This document shows, one piece after another, positions 9,075 through 21,900 of a DNA stretch of 64,000 nucleotides. Made by a program: the position numbers and the translations under genes. The stretch is taken from NCBI GenBank assembly GCA_036004685.1, contig DASYRE010000008.1, forward strand, positions 35,818 through 99,817, in the 5' to 3' direction. Origin of the DNA: Candidatus Polarisedimenticolia bacterium (GTDB taxonomy: Bacteria; Acidobacteriota; Polarisedimenticolia; Gp22-AA2; AA152). Each line of letters opens with the position of its first letter. Position 1 is the first letter of the stretch. A model generated the notes under the pieces. It saw only the letters and a list, made by a program, of their open reading frames with translations. It ran no database searches and was not told where the DNA came from.

Positions 9075-9719
9075 ATGAGACAGCGCACCCGTTCGGAGCT
9101 TCGGCATGGGCGGCTTCCTGCGAGAGGGCTCGTGGCAGCGGGGTTGGCGTTCGGCCTGGCGTGCGCCACCGCCGACAATCCGCGCGTGGTCTCGCCCTAT
9201 TCGTCCAAGCTCAGCCCGTTCAATTTCAAGGACGAAGGAAGCCTCGTCCTGCTCGTCGTCGGCACCCAGGCGGCGCAATACAACGTCAAGGAGAAGTACT
9301 TCCCGCTGTTCGTCACCCTGGCCAACAAGGGGGCCCCGACGCTGCGGGTCACCCGCGAGAGCTTCTCCTTCGAGGACTCGCTCGGGAAACGCTACAGCCC
9401 CCTGCCCCTGGAGATCATCGAGGCGGAGTACCACCGCGGCGGATTCGATCGGAACCTGTTCCGCGAGAATTACCAGTTCATCGGCACGAGCGTGGAGCGC
9501 TACACGCCGATCCCGAGCAATTTCTACCCTTCGGTGACCCGCGGCATCGTCCACGACGACATCCAGCTTCCGCGATTCGGCTACATGTCGGACCTTCTGT
9601 ATTTCCCGGTGCCGGAAGAGGGGATCCTGGGCGGTCCCTTTCATCTTTCTTTCAAGACGCCCGAGCTCCAAGAGGCCGTCGTCGTGACCTTCGTCGTGGG
9701 AAAGGAGCCGCTTCCTTGA
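9075..9719 (+). CDS. Putative lipoprotein of unknown function
   Basis: AAGGAGG RBS, basic N-terminus, hydrophobic stretch ending FGLA-C (lipobox); stop overlaps the trpE start. Confidence 0.7.
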   Translation: MRQRTRSELRHGRLPARGLVAAGLAFGLACATADNPRVVSPYSSKLSPFNFKDEGSLVLLVVGTQAAQYNVKEKYFPLFVTLANKGAPTLRVTRESFSFEDSLGKRYSPLPLEIIEAEYHRGGFDRNLFRENYQFIGTSVERYTPIPSNFYPSVTRGIVHDDIQLPRFGYMSDLLYFPVPEEGILGGPFHLSFKTPELQEAVVVTFVVGKEPLP

Positions 9720-11206
9720 TCGGCGGCCCCCCGTTCCGGCCCGGCGAAGAGGAGTTCGGCCGCCTGCGCCAGGGGGGGAACCTGATCCCGGTCTGCCGCG
9801 AGATCGCGGCCGATCTCCTGACGCCCGTGTCGGCCTCGATGCGGCTCGCCGTCGGGGCGCGCCAGCACTTCCTTTTGGAGTCGGTGGAAGGGGGAGAGAG
9901 CCTCGCCCGCTACTCGTTCCTGGGCCGGGACCCGTTCTGCGTGCTCAAGGGATGGGGACGGCGAAGCGTCCTGGAGGAAGGGGGCAGAAGCCGGTCTCTC
10001 GCGGAGGACCCTCTCGAGGCGCTCCGGATGCTCTCCCGCCGCTATCGCCCCGTTCCGATCCCCGACCTGCCGCGATTCGCGGGTGGCGGCGTCGGCTACA
10101 TCTCCTACGATCTGGCGAGGCTGCGGGAGAGGATACCGTTCACTGTCGTGGATGATCTGCAGGTTCCCGACCTGGTTTTCGGCTTCTACGACCTGCTGCT
10201 CGCCTTCGACCACCCGCGCCAGAGAATCCAGATCATCTCCCTGGTGCGCACCGAGGACGGGAAGGGGAGCTGGAAAGCGCGCTATCGCGAGGCCTGCCGC
10301 CGGATTCTCGCGATCGAGCGCCGGCTCGCCGAGGCCCCCCCGCGCCACCGGCTCTCCCGGCCGCGCGTCGCGCCGCGCCTGCGCCCTACCCGCCCCGATC
10401 GCGAGTTCCTGCACGCCGTGGAGCAGGCCCGGCGCGCCATCCGCGCGGGAGAGATCTTCCAGGTCGTCCTTTCCCGGCGCTTCGAGCATCCGGCTCCCGC
10501 CTCCCCCTTCTCCGTGTACCGGACGCTCCGCCGGCTGAATCCATCCCCCTACCTCTTCTACCTCGCCTTCCCCGAGGTCACCCTGGCGGGAGCCTCTCCC
10601 GAAATGCTGGTGCGGGTCGAGGGAAGCCGCATTCAGACGCGCCCCATCGCCGGCACGCGGCCCCGCGGGAGCGGCGAGGAGGAGGACCGGATCCTGGAGG
10701 CGAGCCTGCGCGCCGACGCCAAGGAGCGTTCCGAGCACCTCATGCTGGTCGACCTCGGGCGCAACGATCTGGGGAGGGTCTGCCGGTTCGGCAGCGTGAC
10801 GGTCAAGCAGTTCATGGAAGTGGAGCGCTACTCGCACGTGATGCATCTCGTCTCCAGCCTGGAAGGGGCGCTCCGGCCGGGCGTCCATCCCGCCGAGGCG
10901 CTGATGGCCTGCTTCCCCGCCGGCACCGTGACGGGGGCGCCCAAGCTCCGCGCCATGGAGATCATCGATCGGCTGGAAGGCCTCAAGCGGGGGCCCTACG
11001 CCGGCGTCGTCGGCTACGTCGATTTCTCCGGCAATCTCGACACCTGCATCACGCTGCGCACCGCCGTGATGAAGGGGAGGACGGCTTATCTTCAAGCGGG
11101 CGCCGGGATCGTGGCCGATTCGACCCCGGCGCGCGAGAATCGGGAGTGCCTGAGCAAGGCGCAGGTGCTTTTCACCGCAGTCCGCGAGGCCGGGAGGATG
11201 GTCTGA
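9716..11206 (+). CDS. trpE: Anthranilate synthase component I
   Basis: FLLESVEGG...[48 protein letters not shown]; TTG start at 9716. Confidence 0.95.
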   Translation: MIGGPPFRPGEEEFGRLRQGGNLIPVCREIAADLLTPVSASMRLAVGARQHFLLESVEGGESLARYSFLGRDPFCVLKGWGRRSVLEEGGRSRSLAEDPLEALRMLSRRYRPVPIPDLPRFAGGGVGYISYDLARLRERIPFTVVDDLQVPDLVFGFYDLLLAFDHPRQRIQIISLVRTEDGKGSWKARYREACRRILAIERRLAEAPPRHRLSRPRVAPRLRPTRPDREFLHAVEQARRAIRAGEIFQVVLSRRFEHPAPASPFSVYRTLRRLNPSPYLFYLAFPEVTLAGASPEMLVRVEGSRIQTRPIAGTRPRGSGEEEDRILEASLRADAKERSEHLMLVDLGRNDLGRVCRFGSVTVKQFMEVERYSHVMHLVSSLEGALRPGVHPAEALMACFPAGTVTGAPKLRAMEIIDRLEGLKRGPYAGVVGYVDFSGNLDTCITLRTAVMKGRTAYLQAGAGIVADSTPARENRECLSKAQVLFTAVREAGRMV

Positions 11207-11778
11207 GAAGAGTCCTGGTCCTCGACAACTACGATTCCTTCACCTACAACCTCGTCCAATACCTCGGAATCCTGGGCGCCGACGTCGAAGTGCTGCGCAA
11301 CGACGCGCGGGGAGTCGACGAGGTGGCGGCCGCGGGCTACGAGCGCATCGTGATCTCTCCGGGGCCGGGCATTCCCTCGCGCGCCGGGATCACCGTGTCG
11401 CTCGTGCAAGCCATGGCGGGAAGAGTGCCGCTTCTCGGCGTCTGCCTCGGTCATCAGGCCATCGGCGAGGCCTTCGGCGGAAGAATCGTCCGGGCTCCGG
11501 CGATTTTCCACGGCAAGACCTCCCCGATTCACCACGACGGGCGGACCTTGTTCCGCGGCTTGCCGAACCCGTTTTCGGCCACGCGCTATCATTCCCTGGT
11601 GATCAGCCCCGAGAGCCTTCCGGGATGCCTGGCGATCAGCGCGCGCACCCCGGAAGGCGTGATCATGGGAGTCCGGCACCGCGAATTCCCCGTTGAGGGC
11701 GTTCAATTCCACCCCGAATCGATCCTCACCCGGGAGGGGATGAGCCTCCTGTCCAATTTCCTCGAGGGAAATCCGTGA
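11146..11778 (+). CDS. trpG: Anthranilate synthase component II (glutamine amidotransferase); true start probably near 11203
   Basis: [33 protein letters not shown]. Confidence 0.95.
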   Translation: MPEQGAGAFHRSPRGREDGLRRVLVLDNYDSFTYNLVQYLGILGADVEVLRNDARGVDEVAAAGYERIVISPGPGIPSRAGITVSLVQAMAGRVPLLGVCLGHQAIGEAFGGRIVRAPAIFHGKTSPIHHDGRTLFRGLPNPFSATRYHSLVISPESLPGCLAISARTPEGVIMGVRHREFPVEGVQFHPESILTREGMSLLSNFLEGNP

Positions 11779-12803
11779 GCCGGATCGAGGCGGCGCTCGG
11801 CAAGCTTCTGGAGAGAACCGATCTCGACGCGGGGGAGGCGCGCGCCTGCTGCGAGGAGATCATGGCGGGAGCCGCCAGCGAGGCGCTCCTGGGCGGCTTC
11901 CTCATCGCGCTGCGTATGAAAGGGGAGACGCCGGAGGAGATCGCCGCGTTCGCCGCCGCGATGCGGCAGGGAGCGCGCGGCGTGCCGACCCGGCAGACGG
12001 AAATCGTGGATACCTGCGGAACCGGAGGGGATGGAGCCGGGAGCTTCAACATCTCGACCGCGGCCGCCCTGGTCGCGGCCGGCGCCGGGGCGGTCGTGGC
12101 GAAGCACGGAAACCGGGCGGTCTCCGGGCGCTGCGGCAGCGCCGATCTCCTGGCGCAGCTCGGGGTCGGCATCGAATGCGACGACGCTACGGTAGGGCGC
12201 TGCCTCGATGAGGCCGGGCTGGGCTTCCTGTTCGCCCCCGCGTTCCACCCGGCCATGCGTCAGGCGGCCGGGGTCCGCAAGGCGCTCGGCGTGCGAACCG
12301 TCTTCAATCTCCTCGGACCCTTGATCCATCCCGCCCGCGCCCCCTATCAGGTGGTGGGCGTCTACGAGTCGCGATGGCTCGAACCGGTCGCCCGGGCCCT
12401 CGCTCTGCTGGGGACGCGGAGAGCGCTCGTCGTGCACGGGTTCGACGGGATGGACGAGATCACCACGACGGCGGCCACGCACGTCGCCGAGCTCGACCGC
12501 GGGGCGATCCGCACCAGCGTGCTCGACGCGCGCGAGCTCGGCATCGCGCGCGCCGCGCCGGCCGATCTCGCCGGCGGGGATCCCGCCCGGAACGCCGCGA
12601 TCGTCTCCGCTGTCCTCGCCGGAGAGAGCGGCCCCCGGAGAGACATCGTCGTGGTCAACGCCGCGGCGGCGCTGCTCGTTTCCGGGGTCGCCGCGTCGTT
12701 TCCGGAGGGGCTGGCGCTCGCGGCGCGCTCTCTCGACTCCGGGGCGGCCCTCGCCAAGCTGAACGCCCTCAGACGGTTGACCGCGCCGGCGGCGGCAGGA
12801 TGA
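11775..12803 (+). CDS. trpD: Anthranilate phosphoribosyltransferase
   Basis: [31 protein letters not shown]. Confidence 0.97.
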   Translation: MSRIEAALGKLLERTDLDAGEARACCEEIMAGAASEALLGGFLIALRMKGETPEEIAAFAAAMRQGARGVPTRQTEIVDTCGTGGDGAGSFNISTAAALVAAGAGAVVAKHGNRAVSGRCGSADLLAQLGVGIECDDATVGRCLDEAGLGFLFAPAFHPAMRQAAGVRKALGVRTVFNLLGPLIHPARAPYQVVGVYESRWLEPVARALALLGTRRALVVHGFDGMDEITTTAATHVAELDRGAIRTSVLDARELGIARAAPADLAGGDPARNAAIVSAVLAGESGPRRDIVVVNAAAALLVSGVAASFPEGLALAARSLDSGAALAKLNALRRLTAPAAAG

Positions 12804-12804
12804 T

Positions 12805-13584
12805 ATGGGAGACTTCCTCGAAGAGGTGCGGGCGCTTAAGCGGAGCGAGATCGACGCCCTCGGGAGAGCCGCCGCGCGACGCCGCCGGGAAGGCCGCCTC
12901 GCGGCGGCTTCCCCGCCTCGGGATTTTCGGGCGGCTCTCTCCGGCGGATCGGGACATCGGATCATCGCGGAGATTAAGAAAGCCTCTCCGAGCCGCGGGG
13001 TCCTGCGGCGCGAGTTCGAGCCCGCGCGGCTCGCTCTCCACTACCGTGAAGGAGGAGCGGCGGCGCTTTCGGTCCTCACCGACGAGTGCTATTTTCAGGG
13101 GAGTCCTGCGCACCTGGAAGAGGCGCGCCGCGCCGCGGACCTGCCGGCCCTCCGCAAGGACTTCCTCATCGACTCCGTGCAGGTGGAGGAGAGCCGGGCG
13201 ATGGGCGCCGACGCGGTGCTGCTGATCGTTCGTCTCCTCTCCTCCCGCCAGCTGTCGCGCCTGATGCGCGAGACCGTGGCGCTCGGGATGGCTCCTTTGG
13301 TCGAGGTTCACGCCGAAAGCGAGCTGGCGATCGCGCTGGACTCCGGAGCCGATCTGATCGGCGTGAACAGCCGCGATCTGGGAAGCTTCCAGGTCGACCC
13401 CGAGGTTTGCCTGCGGCTCGCGAAGCGCATCCCCGGGGACGTGCTGGCGATCGCCGAAAGCGGCATCCGGGAGCGCAGCGACCTCGATCGGCTGGCCCAT
13501 TCCGGGTACCGCGCCTTTCTGGTCGGAGAGCGCCTCATGACCGCTCCGGATCCGACGGCTCTTCTCAAGGAGTGGACGCGATGA
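12805..13584 (+). CDS. trpC: Indole-3-glycerol phosphate synthase
   Basis: [40 protein letters not shown]. Confidence 0.96.
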   Translation: MGDFLEEVRALKRSEIDALGRAAARRRREGRLAAASPPRDFRAALSGGSGHRIIAEIKKASPSRGVLRREFEPARLALHYREGGAAALSVLTDECYFQGSPAHLEEARRAADLPALRKDFLIDSVQVEESRAMGADAVLLIVRLLSSRQLSRLMRETVALGMAPLVEVHAESELAIALDSGADLIGVNSRDLGSFQVDPEVCLRLAKRIPGDVLAIAESGIRERSDLDRLAHSGYRAFLVGERLMTAPDPTALLKEWTR

Positions 13585-14195
13585 GAGTCCGAATCAAGTT
13601 CTGCGGGATGACCCGGCGCGAGGATCTGCTCGCCGCCTCGGACCTGGGGGCGGACTCGGTGGGCCTGGTGTTCGTGCCCGGAACCCCTCGCTTTCTCGAT
13701 CTGGCGCGGGCGCGGGAGCTGCTGCGCGGGTGCCCTCCGCTGATCTCCCGCGTCGGCGTGTTCGCGGACGAAGATCCGATGCGGGTCAGACGGATCCGGG
13801 ACGAGCTGGGGCTCTCGGCCGTTCAGCTGCACGGCTCGGAGAGTCCGGGGCTTTGCGCCACCGTCGGAGGACCCCTCATCAAAGTCTTCCGGGTCTCGGA
13901 GGGATGGGACAGCCGGGCGCTGGATCGTTACGATTGCGAGGCCTGTCTTCTCGAAGCGGCTCCGTCCGGCGCCGGCGGCAAGGCTCCCTTCGACTGGGAG
14001 AGGTTCCGCGGGGGATTTCCGGGGCGGCGGGTCATCCTGGCCGGAGGCCTGACGCCGCAGAACGTGGCGAATGCAGTGCGGGTCGTCCGTCCCTACGGCG
14101 TCGATGTCAGCCGCGGCATCGAATCGGCTCCCGGCGTGAAGGATCCCTCTCTGATGGAGGGCTTTCTGCAAGCGGTGCGGGAGGCGGAGCGATGA
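13581..14195 (+). CDS. trpF: Phosphoribosylanthranilate isomerase
   Basis: [31 protein letters not shown]; ATG at 13581. Confidence 0.95.
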   Translation: MRVRIKFCGMTRREDLLAASDLGADSVGLVFVPGTPRFLDLARARELLRGCPPLISRVGVFADEDPMRVRRIRDELGLSAVQLHGSESPGLCATVGGPLIKVFRVSEGWDSRALDRYDCEACLLEAAPSGAGGKAPFDWERFRGGFPGRRVILAGGLTPQNVANAVRVVRPYGVDVSRGIESAPGVKDPSLMEGFLQAVREAER

Positions 14196-15379
14196 GGACG
14201 GGTCCCGACGACCGCGGCCGTTATGGAGCCTACGGAGGGCGCTTCGTCCCCGAAACGCTGATGGCCCCTCTTCAGGAGCTTGAGGAAGCTCACGCCTCCT
14301 GCCGCCGCGATCCCGCGTTTCAGGCCGAGCTGAACGCCACCCTCCGGGACTTCGTGGGGCGCCCCACGCCCCTGACGCACGCCGCCCGCCTGGAGGAGCA
14401 GCTGGGCCGGATCCGGATTCACCTGAAACGCGAGGACCTCGCCCACACCGGCGCCCACAAAATCAACAACACCGTGGGACAAGGCCTTCTGGCGCGCTGG
14501 ATGGGGAAGCGGCGCGTCATTGCCGAGACCGGCGCGGGACAGCACGGGGTGGCGACCGCCACCGTGGCGGCCCGGCTCGGCATGGATTGCGCCGTGTACA
14601 TGGGGGAAGACGACATGGCGCGCCAGGCTCCCAACGTGCTTCGCATGCGTCTTCTGGGAGCCGAGGTCGTCCCCGTCTCCAGCGGGACCCGGACGCTCAA
14701 GGACGCCATCAACGAGGCGATGCGCGACTGGGTCACGAACTGCCGGACCACCCATTACGTCCTCGGATCCGCGCTGGGAGCCCACCCCTATCCCGCGATC
14801 GTGCGTGACTTCCAGTCGGTCATCGGCAGGGAGGCGCGGGCCCAGTACCTCGCCGCCGTCGGGTCTCTTCCCGATCTCCTCGTGGCCTGCGTCGGCGGCG
14901 GCAGCAACAGCCTCGGGCTGTTTCATCCCTTTCTCGACGACGCCGGGGTGGAGATGGTGGGCGTGGAGGCGGGAGGGCTCGGGATCGGAAGCGGGCGCCA
15001 TGCCGCCCGGTTCTCGGGAGGCTCCCCGGGCGTCCTCCATGGAACCTTCACCTACGTCCTGCAGGACGGCGATGGAAACATCCGCGGGACGCATTCGATC
15101 TCCGCGGGCCTCGATTACCCGGCGGTCGGGCCCGAGCATGCTTTCCTCCGGGAGCAGGGAAGGGTCCGGTACGAGATCGCCACCGATGCGGAGGCGCTCG
15201 GCGCCTTCCATCTTCTCGCCCGCACCGAAGGAATTCTCGCGGCCCTCGAGCCGGCCCACGCGCTGGGATGGCTGAGGCGCGCCGCCCCCGGGCTGCGCGA
15301 AGGGAGCCGGGTGCTGGTGAATCTCTCGGGCCGCGGCGACAAGGACGTCGACCAGGTGCTGGCGCAGGAGGAGGCTTGA
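14192..15379 (+). CDS. trpB: Tryptophan synthase beta chain
   Basis: [47 protein letters not shown]. Confidence 0.98.
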   Translation: MRTGPDDRGRYGAYGGRFVPETLMAPLQELEEAHASCRRDPAFQAELNATLRDFVGRPTPLTHAARLEEQLGRIRIHLKREDLAHTGAHKINNTVGQGLLARWMGKRRVIAETGAGQHGVATATVAARLGMDCAVYMGEDDMARQAPNVLRMRLLGAEVVPVSSGTRTLKDAINEAMRDWVTNCRTTHYVLGSALGAHPYPAIVRDFQSVIGREARAQYLAAVGSLPDLLVACVGGGSNSLGLFHPFLDDAGVEMVGVEAGGLGIGSGRHAARFSGGSPGVLHGTFTYVLQDGDGNIRGTHSISAGLDYPAVGPEHAFLREQGRVRYEIATDAEALGAFHLLARTEGILAALEPAHALGWLRRAAPGLREGSRVLVNLSGRGDKDVDQVLAQEEA

Positions 15380-16182
15380 GGAGGATTGAGGAGGCGTTCG
15401 CGGGCGCGCGGCGCCACCGCCGGGCCGCGTTCATTCCGTATCTGACCGCCGGAGACCCCTCCGCGAAGGTCACTCTGGACCTGGTTCTCGCCCTGGAGCG
15501 AGCCGGCGCGGACCTCGTCGAGCTGGGCGTCCCTTTCTCCGATCCGCTGGCGGACGGTGAAGTCAACCAGCGCGCCGCGGCGCGGGCCCTCGCGGGAGGG
15601 ACCACGCTGGCCGGCGTTCTCGAGATCGTCCGGCGGATCCGCGACAGATCTTCCATCCCCCTGATCCTCTTCACCTACGTGAATCCGCTCCTTAGGATGG
15701 GAATGGAGCCCTTCGCGCGCGCCGCCGCCGGAGCGGGGGTGGACGGAGTCCTGGCGACCGACCTGCCGGTCGAAGAATCGCACGACTACCGAAAGTTCCT
15801 GCTCTCCTGCGGGATCGCTCCGATATTCCTGGTCGCGCCGACGACCGCCCCGGCGCGTCTTCCGGCGATCGCCGCGGCCTGCCGCGGTTTCGTGTACTAC
15901 GTGGCACGCACCGGTGTGACCGGCGAGCGGCAGGGGTTGCCTCCCGAGCTGCGCGAGGGGGTGGAGCGGCTGCGGGAAACGACGTCTCTGCCGATCGCGG
16001 TCGGTTTCGGCGTTTCCACGAAAAGCCAGGTGGAGGAAATCGCCGCCTTCGCCGACGGGTTCGTGGTCGGCAGCGCCCTGGTGAAGGCGGTGGAGGACGC
16101 CGGAGCGCGCTCGGACCTCGCGGAGGCCCTGAGCCGCCGGGTCCGGGAAATCCTGCCGGAGGGCTACGGCCGGTCCGGCTGA
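15376..16182 (+). CDS. trpA: Tryptophan synthase alpha chain
   Basis: [35 protein letters not shown]; TTG start at 15376. Confidence 0.96.
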   Translation: MRRIEEAFAGARRHRRAAFIPYLTAGDPSAKVTLDLVLALERAGADLVELGVPFSDPLADGEVNQRAAARALAGGTTLAGVLEIVRRIRDRSSIPLILFTYVNPLLRMGMEPFARAAAGAGVDGVLATDLPVEESHDYRKFLLSCGIAPIFLVAPTTAPARLPAIAAACRGFVYYVARTGVTGERQGLPPELREGVERLRETTSLPIAVGFGVSTKSQVEEIAAFADGFVVGSALVKAVEDAGARSDLAEALSRRVREILPEGYGRSG

Positions 16183-16252
16183 GGCCTGGGCCCGTCGGCG
16201 CGGCGCTGTTATACTGAATTGTTCGTCAGTCCTCGATTCGGAGGGTCGAAGC

Positions 16253-16804
16253 ATGCAGCGCCGACTGGCCGTCGCCTTGATCGTTCTTTTCGTCCTCGCT
16301 TCCCCGAGCCGACCTTCGCGGGCCGCCGCGCCCGCCCCCGAAGATCTCAGCCTTTCCCTTCGCCGACCGGCCATTCAGCAGTTGATCGCCTCGGCGACCC
16401 CCTACCAAGTCGACCTCGGCACCACCCTTCTCAGGGAAAGCTTGACGTTCACCGACCCCCGGGAGCTGAGCTTTCAGAACGGCAAGATCCGCTTCGCGAT
16501 ACGCTGCCAGGGATCGCCTTTCCCCGTCGATCAGGTGATCCGGCCGGTCCTTGCCCTGCGGAGCGTGGCGGGCGGCGGCTATCAGGTCGTGGTCGAAAGC
16601 CTTCCCTTGAACATCCCCGGTTACGGCACGATCGATCTCCGCGACGTCGTGAAGCCCGTGGACATCCAGTCCCTTCTCCAGCAGACGGTGCTTCTCCAGG
16701 GGAGGCCGGCCCAGCTCGACGTCCGGGTCCGGCGCATCGCCATTCAGCCCGAACAGATCGAAGTCGGCGCGTCGCTCAGCCTGAGGCCGGCCGCGAAGCG
16801 CTGA
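16253..16804 (+). CDS. Secreted hypothetical protein
   Basis: Signal peptide MQRRLAVALIVLFVLAS; predicted beta-rich body; host-like codon use. Confidence 0.65.
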   Translation: MQRRLAVALIVLFVLASPSRPSRAAAPAPEDLSLSLRRPAIQQLIASATPYQVDLGTTLLRESLTFTDPRELSFQNGKIRFAIRCQGSPFPVDQVIRPVLALRSVAGGGYQVVVESLPLNIPGYGTIDLRDVVKPVDIQSLLQQTVLLQGRPAQLDVRVRRIAIQPEQIEVGASLSLRPAAKR

Positions 16805-16921
16805 CCTCCCGGCGAGACTCTCCCGTCTCGGCGCCCCGCCCCCGCGTCCGCCCCCTCGCGAGCGAAGCCCCGGGCGGCGCCATGCTCACTTCGTTAAAAT
16901 CGAGGAAAGAGGAGGCGCGGC

Positions 16922-18811
16922 TCAGCGCGCCGCGGGGGCCAGGCTGGCCGGAGCCTGGAGGACCTGCCGGAACCAGACTTTCAGCGTCAGGAGAATCCAG
17001 AGCGGCAGGCCCCGGTCGGCGCGGCCATGATAGAAGCCATGCATCATCCTCTCGACCGCTTGCCGATCGACGTGGTCGTAGAAAGCGTCCCCGCGGGCGG
17101 CGAACTGATCGTGAACGTAGTCGCGCAGGTCGCGGCGCAGCCAGTCCCGGATCGGGAGCGCAAAGCCGTGCTTTCGGCGCTCGAGCGTCCGGGCCGGGAT
17201 TAGATCGGCGAAGGCGGCGCGGAGCAGGACCTTGCCGCGGCCGCGCCGGATCTTGTACGAGCCGGGCAGGGAGAAGAGGAGCTCGACCACCCGGTAATCG
17301 AGAAACGGCACGCGCGCTTCCAGGGAAGCCAGCATGCTCATCTTGTCCACCTTCATGAGCAAATCGTCGTGCAGCCAGGTGGAGAGATCCTGGAAGAGGA
17401 GGCGATTCACGGGATCGTGCGAGGAGTAGCCCTCCAGCGCCTCCTCCAAGGCGGCCCGCGCGGCGCGGGAGCGCAGCTCGACGGAGCGGCCCAGCAGGCC
17501 GGCGACCTCGGCGGGCCCTAGGGCGGCGCGGACGCGCAGATGGCGCTCCGGCTCGGACAGCGCCGCCGCCTCCAGACCGCGGCGGATGCGGGCCGAGCCC
17601 GTCTCCGGAAACAGTGACGAGGCCGCCCGGCCGGCCAGCTTTCCCAGCAGCCCGAGCCGCGCCAGAATCCGCTCGAAGCGAAAATGGTCGTATCCCCCGA
17701 AGAGCTCGTCGGCCCCTTCCCCCGTGAGCACCACGGTCACCCACCGGCGCGCGAAGCGCGAGATCAGGTAGGTGGGGATGGAGGCCGGGTCGGCCATCGG
17801 CTCGTCGAGCGCCCGCACCGCCAGCTCGAGATGGGCGGGGAGGTCCACCGATTCCATCTTCAGCGTCTGGTGGTCGGTGCCGCAATGCCGCGCCACCGCC
17901 TCCGCCTCGGGCGATTCGTCGTACCACCCCTCTCCCTGGAACCCGACGGTGAACGTCTTCACTTGCTGGGAGGAGGCGAGCCCCATCAACGCCACCACGA
18001 TGCTCGAGTCGATCCCGCCGCTCAGGAAGGCGCCCAGCGGCACTTCCGAGAGAAGCCGGAGCCGCACCGAATCGAGGAGAAGCGCCCGGAGCTGCTCGGC
18101 CGCCTCGGGGAAGGACGGCACCCGGTCGAGCCGGAAGGAGGGGCGCCAAAAGCGCTCGACGCGGATGCCGGAGGAATCGGCCAGCAGGGCATGGCCGGGC
18201 GGGAGCTTCTTGATCGCCTTGAAGATGGTCCGCGGGCCTGGAACGTATTGGCACTCGAGGTAGGCGGCCAGGGCCGCCGAGTCGATTTCGCAGGGCACTT
18301 GCCCCGACGCGACCAGAGCCTTGATCTCGGAAGCGAACAGCAGCAGGTCGCCCGCCTGGGCGTAATAGAGAGGCTTGACCCCCAACCGATCACGGGCGAG
18401 AAGCAGACGCCTTCGATTCCGATCGTGGACGGCGAACGCCCACATCCCGTTCAGGCGGTTCAACCCCTCGGGACCTTCCTCCTCCATCAGGTGGAGAAGA
18501 GTCTCGGTGTCGCTCGCCGTCCGGTAGCGGTGCCCCTTCTGCTCGAGATGGCGGCGCACTTCCGCGTGGTTGTAAATCTCTCCGTTGAAGATGATGTGTC
18601 GCGACCCGTCCTCGTTGGCGATCGGCTGATGGCCTCCGCGCCGGTCGATGATGCTGAGCCGGCGGTGTCCGAGCTGGACGCCCGGCTCGAAGAGGTACCC
18701 TTCGTCGTCCGGCCCCCGGTGGGCCAGGAGAGAGGTCATTCTCCGCACCACCTCGGGATCCGGGAGGACCGCCCGATCGGACAGCGCCATGACCCCGCAG
18801 ATTCCACACAC
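16922..18811 (-). CDS. asnB: Asparagine synthase (glutamine-hydrolysing) / AsnB-family amidotransferase
   Basis: MCGICG, HRGPD, RRLSIID, NGEIYN, RDRLGVKPLYY, LSGGIDSS, GEGADELFGGY, EARVPFLD. Confidence 0.95.
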   Translation of the reverse strand: MCGICGVMALSDRAVLPDPEVVRRMTSLLAHRGPDDEGYLFEPGVQLGHRRLSIIDRRGGHQPIANEDGSRHIIFNGEIYNHAEVRRHLEQKGHRYRTASDTETLLHLMEEEGPEGLNRLNGMWAFAVHDRNRRRLLLARDRLGVKPLYYAQAGDLLLFASEIKALVASGQVPCEIDSAALAAYLECQYVPGPRTIFKAIKKLPPGHALLADSSGIRVERFWRPSFRLDRVPSFPEAAEQLRALLLDSVRLRLLSEVPLGAFLSGGIDSSIVVALMGLASSQQVKTFTVGFQGEGWYDESPEAEAVARHCGTDHQTLKMESVDLPAHLELAVRALDEPMADPASIPTYLISRFARRWVTVVLTGEGADELFGGYDHFRFERILARLGLLGKLAGRAASSLFPETGSARIRRGLEAAALSEPERHLRVRAALGPAEVAGLLGRSVELRSRAARAALEEALEGYSSHDPVNRLLFQDLSTWLHDDLLMKVDKMSMLASLEARVPFLDYRVVELLFSLPGSYKIRRGRGKVLLRAAFADLIPARTLERRKHGFALPIRDWLRRDLRDYVHDQFAARGDAFYDHVDRQAVERMMHGFYHGRADRGLPLWILLTLKVWFRQVLQAPASLAPAAR

Positions 18812-18964
18812 GCTCTAAATCTCCCTTCCGGGACGCCACGCGGAAAACGCTGTCGGGCTAAGCTGCGGCGCGCCCTTTGCGCCGGCAGCTTCAGCCAGTC
18901 CTTTCGAAAACCGATCTGAACTGGACCACTGGGCAATTATATATGAAGGGAATCGCCGGCCGGG

Positions 18965-21900
18965 TCATCCTCCCTCGGGAAGGCGCGCCGCCCGGCCCTC
19001 CGGAGGTTCCTCGGCCGCCGGCAGATCCAGCAGGACCCGGGTGCCGGCTCCCGGCTCCGAGCGGACTTCCACGCGACCCCCTTGTTCCTCGACGGTCTTC
19101 CGGACGATCGACAGGCCGAGCCCGGTGCCCAGCTCCTTGGTGGAGAAATAGGGCTCGAAAAGGCGCGCCAGCGTCGGTGCATCCATCCCGCTTCCCGTGT
19201 CGGAGATCAGGATCTTCACGCGCGGCGGCCGATGATTCCCGGCGATTTCCGAGCGCTCCGCGGTGAGCGATAGAGTTCCCCCCGCCGGCATCGCCTCGAG
19301 CGCGTTTTGGACGAGATTCAGGAGGGCGCGGCGCGTCAGGCTCCGATCCACGAAGAGATCGGGCGTTCCGGGGACGACGGAGGACTCGAGCCGGATCCCG
19401 GCCGGAGGGGCCGCCCGGAGAGGCGCGAGGACCTCCTCCATGATGTCCGAAGTCGGGACCCTCTCCGGGCGCACCTCCGGGATCCGGGCGTAGTCCGAGA
19501 ACTCCCCGGCGATCGTCCGGAGATTCCGCACCTGCTTCTGGATCGTGTCCAGGCAGTCCTCCAGGATCGAGTCGAAACGGGAATCGCCCGACCGGTGGAC
19601 CCGGCGGAGGTGGTCGACGGAGAGCTGGATCGGAGTCAGAGGGTTCTTGATCTCGTGCGCGATGCGCCGGGCCATCTCCGCCCAGGCTTCCAGCCGGCTG
19701 GAGCGCAGCGTATCGGTCAGGTCCTCGAGCAGGAGAATCCTCCCCGCGGGCGAATCGGGCGATTCCCGAAAGGGGAGGGAGACCACCTGGAGCGTCACTG
19801 GCTTGGATCTCCCCTCCATCCGAATCTGCCACGATCGCTCCTTGCCGGGCTGGGACGCCGTCAGAATCTCGCGCAGCGGAGCGAGAGAAGCCTGGCGCTC
19901 CAACACGGACGCCAGGAGTTCCCCCTCCAGCCGTTCCTCCGGAAGGCCAAGCAGGAAGCGTGCGGCGGGATTGATCGTGACCACCCGGCCGTCCGGCCGC
20001 GTCGAAATCACTCCCGTCGTCGCGTTGAGCAGGATCTTTTCGATGTAATCGGTCCGCTGGCGGAGGTCCTCCCGCTGGCGGCGCAAGGACGCGGCCATGC
20101 GATTGAAGGACTCGATCAGCAGCGCCGGCTCGTCGCGTGCGAAGACGCGCACCTCCGCGTCGTAGTCTCCCGACTCGATGCGCCGGGCGGCCTCCGACAG
20201 GGCGACGACGGGCTCCGACACCCGGCGCGCCAGGAAGTGGGCGAGCACCGTCAGGAGGAACAGCATCCCGACCGTCACGATCAGGATCGCCTCCTCCACG
20301 TCGGCGCGCTTGCGAAGAATCTCCTGTCGTTTCTCGGCCAGGGGCAGCGATAGGATTCCCCGCGAATCCCCGCCCGACGGAAGCGGCGCGGAGATGGTCT
20401 GGTACTTCAGGGTGCCGAGCCTCTCCTCGCTCAGCGCCGAGGACTCGCGGCGGAGAATGAGCCTTGTATAGACCCGGGAATTCAGCCGCGTGGGAAGGAG
20501 TCCCGAGGCGTAGATTTCCCGGGCGCTCGTGGCGGACAGCCGATCCCCGAGATAAACGTTGATGTCCTGGCGCACGACGCTGCGCAGCCAAAACGCGACG
20601 TCGTCGTCCACCTCGGGCTCCTGCGACTCGCTTTCTCCGGCGAGATAGTCGGAGACGATGCGTCGCGCCACGAACAGGGAGGACAGCCCCTCCTCGCGAA
20701 GGTTCTCGTTCATTTCACGGACCACGAAGCGGTGGAGGAAAAACGAAAGAAGGAAGAGCGGGACGAGGGAGGCCGCCAAGATCATCGCGACCAGGCGCTT
20801 GAAGAATGGACTTTGGCGGCGCGGCGCCCCGCGGGAGGGAGCGGCGACCAGATGGACCAGGACCCAGACGAGGCCCGCGAGCAGGAAGCCGAGAAGGGTC
20901 GTGCGGACGAACGCCCCGGCCTCCTCCAGGCCCGAGGGAAGCAGGAACCCCACCGCGAAAATCCTCTCGGCCGTCTTCTTGATCTTCGTGCGATAGGAGC
21001 TTTCGCCGACCCGGACTGTTTCCCAGCGCTGTTCCTGCGGCGCCATCGTGGCGGCCGCCCGGGGAAGATCGGGCCCCCCCTCCAGGCTCGAATAGACTCT
21101 CTCTCCCGCCGGATCGTAGACCACGACGAGAGGCTCGGACCCGAGCAGCTCCGGGTTGGTTTCCTGCGTGCCCGGCCTTGGAAAGAGCTGCACGTAGAGG
21201 TTGTCCGCCCTGAGGAAAGGCAGGTTCTCGTACTCGTCGAGGAGGTGAACCTGGAAGCGCAGGGTGGCGCCCGCGGCAGTCATGCGGGAGGCTTCTCCGA
21301 CCAGGACCTTCTTCCGGGAAACGCCCAGGGGCGCCACGATCCTGCGGATGCTTCCCTCCTCGCCCGAGGGCGGGAAGCGCGCTTCCATCTTGGCCGGGAG
21401 GTTCAAGCCGAACCGGCCGACGAGCGACCCTTCCCCGGAGTAGATGCGCAGCGAGGAGCTCAGACCGATCTCATCGAGGCGCGTCGCCGCCCAGACGAGA
21501 TAGGCGAGACCCTCCCCCGAGCCGGCCGCGTGGCGCGCGACAATCTCGCCGATTTCGGGAGAGGAGTGAATCCGGTCCAGGACTCCTTTGAGGAGGTCCC
21601 GACGCTGCACCTGGTGGCGCTCCACCCGGTCGAGCAGCTTGCTGGAGAAGAACTCTTCCCGCTGGCGGATCGCCGACCGGCCGACGAGCGGCAGGTAGAG
21701 GAGCGTGGACAGAGCCACGAACAGATAGAAACGGGCCGCCGCCGGAAGTCCCGACGGGGCGGAGCGCGGGGCCGACCGAAAGAGCCGCAACGCGATCGCG
21801 GCGAGCGCGAGCCAGGAGGCGGCGAACAGGAAGAGTCCCCCCTGGACCAGGAGCCGGGCCCAATCGGGTGGCGAGAACTCCATCCTCAGAAGCTCGAAGC

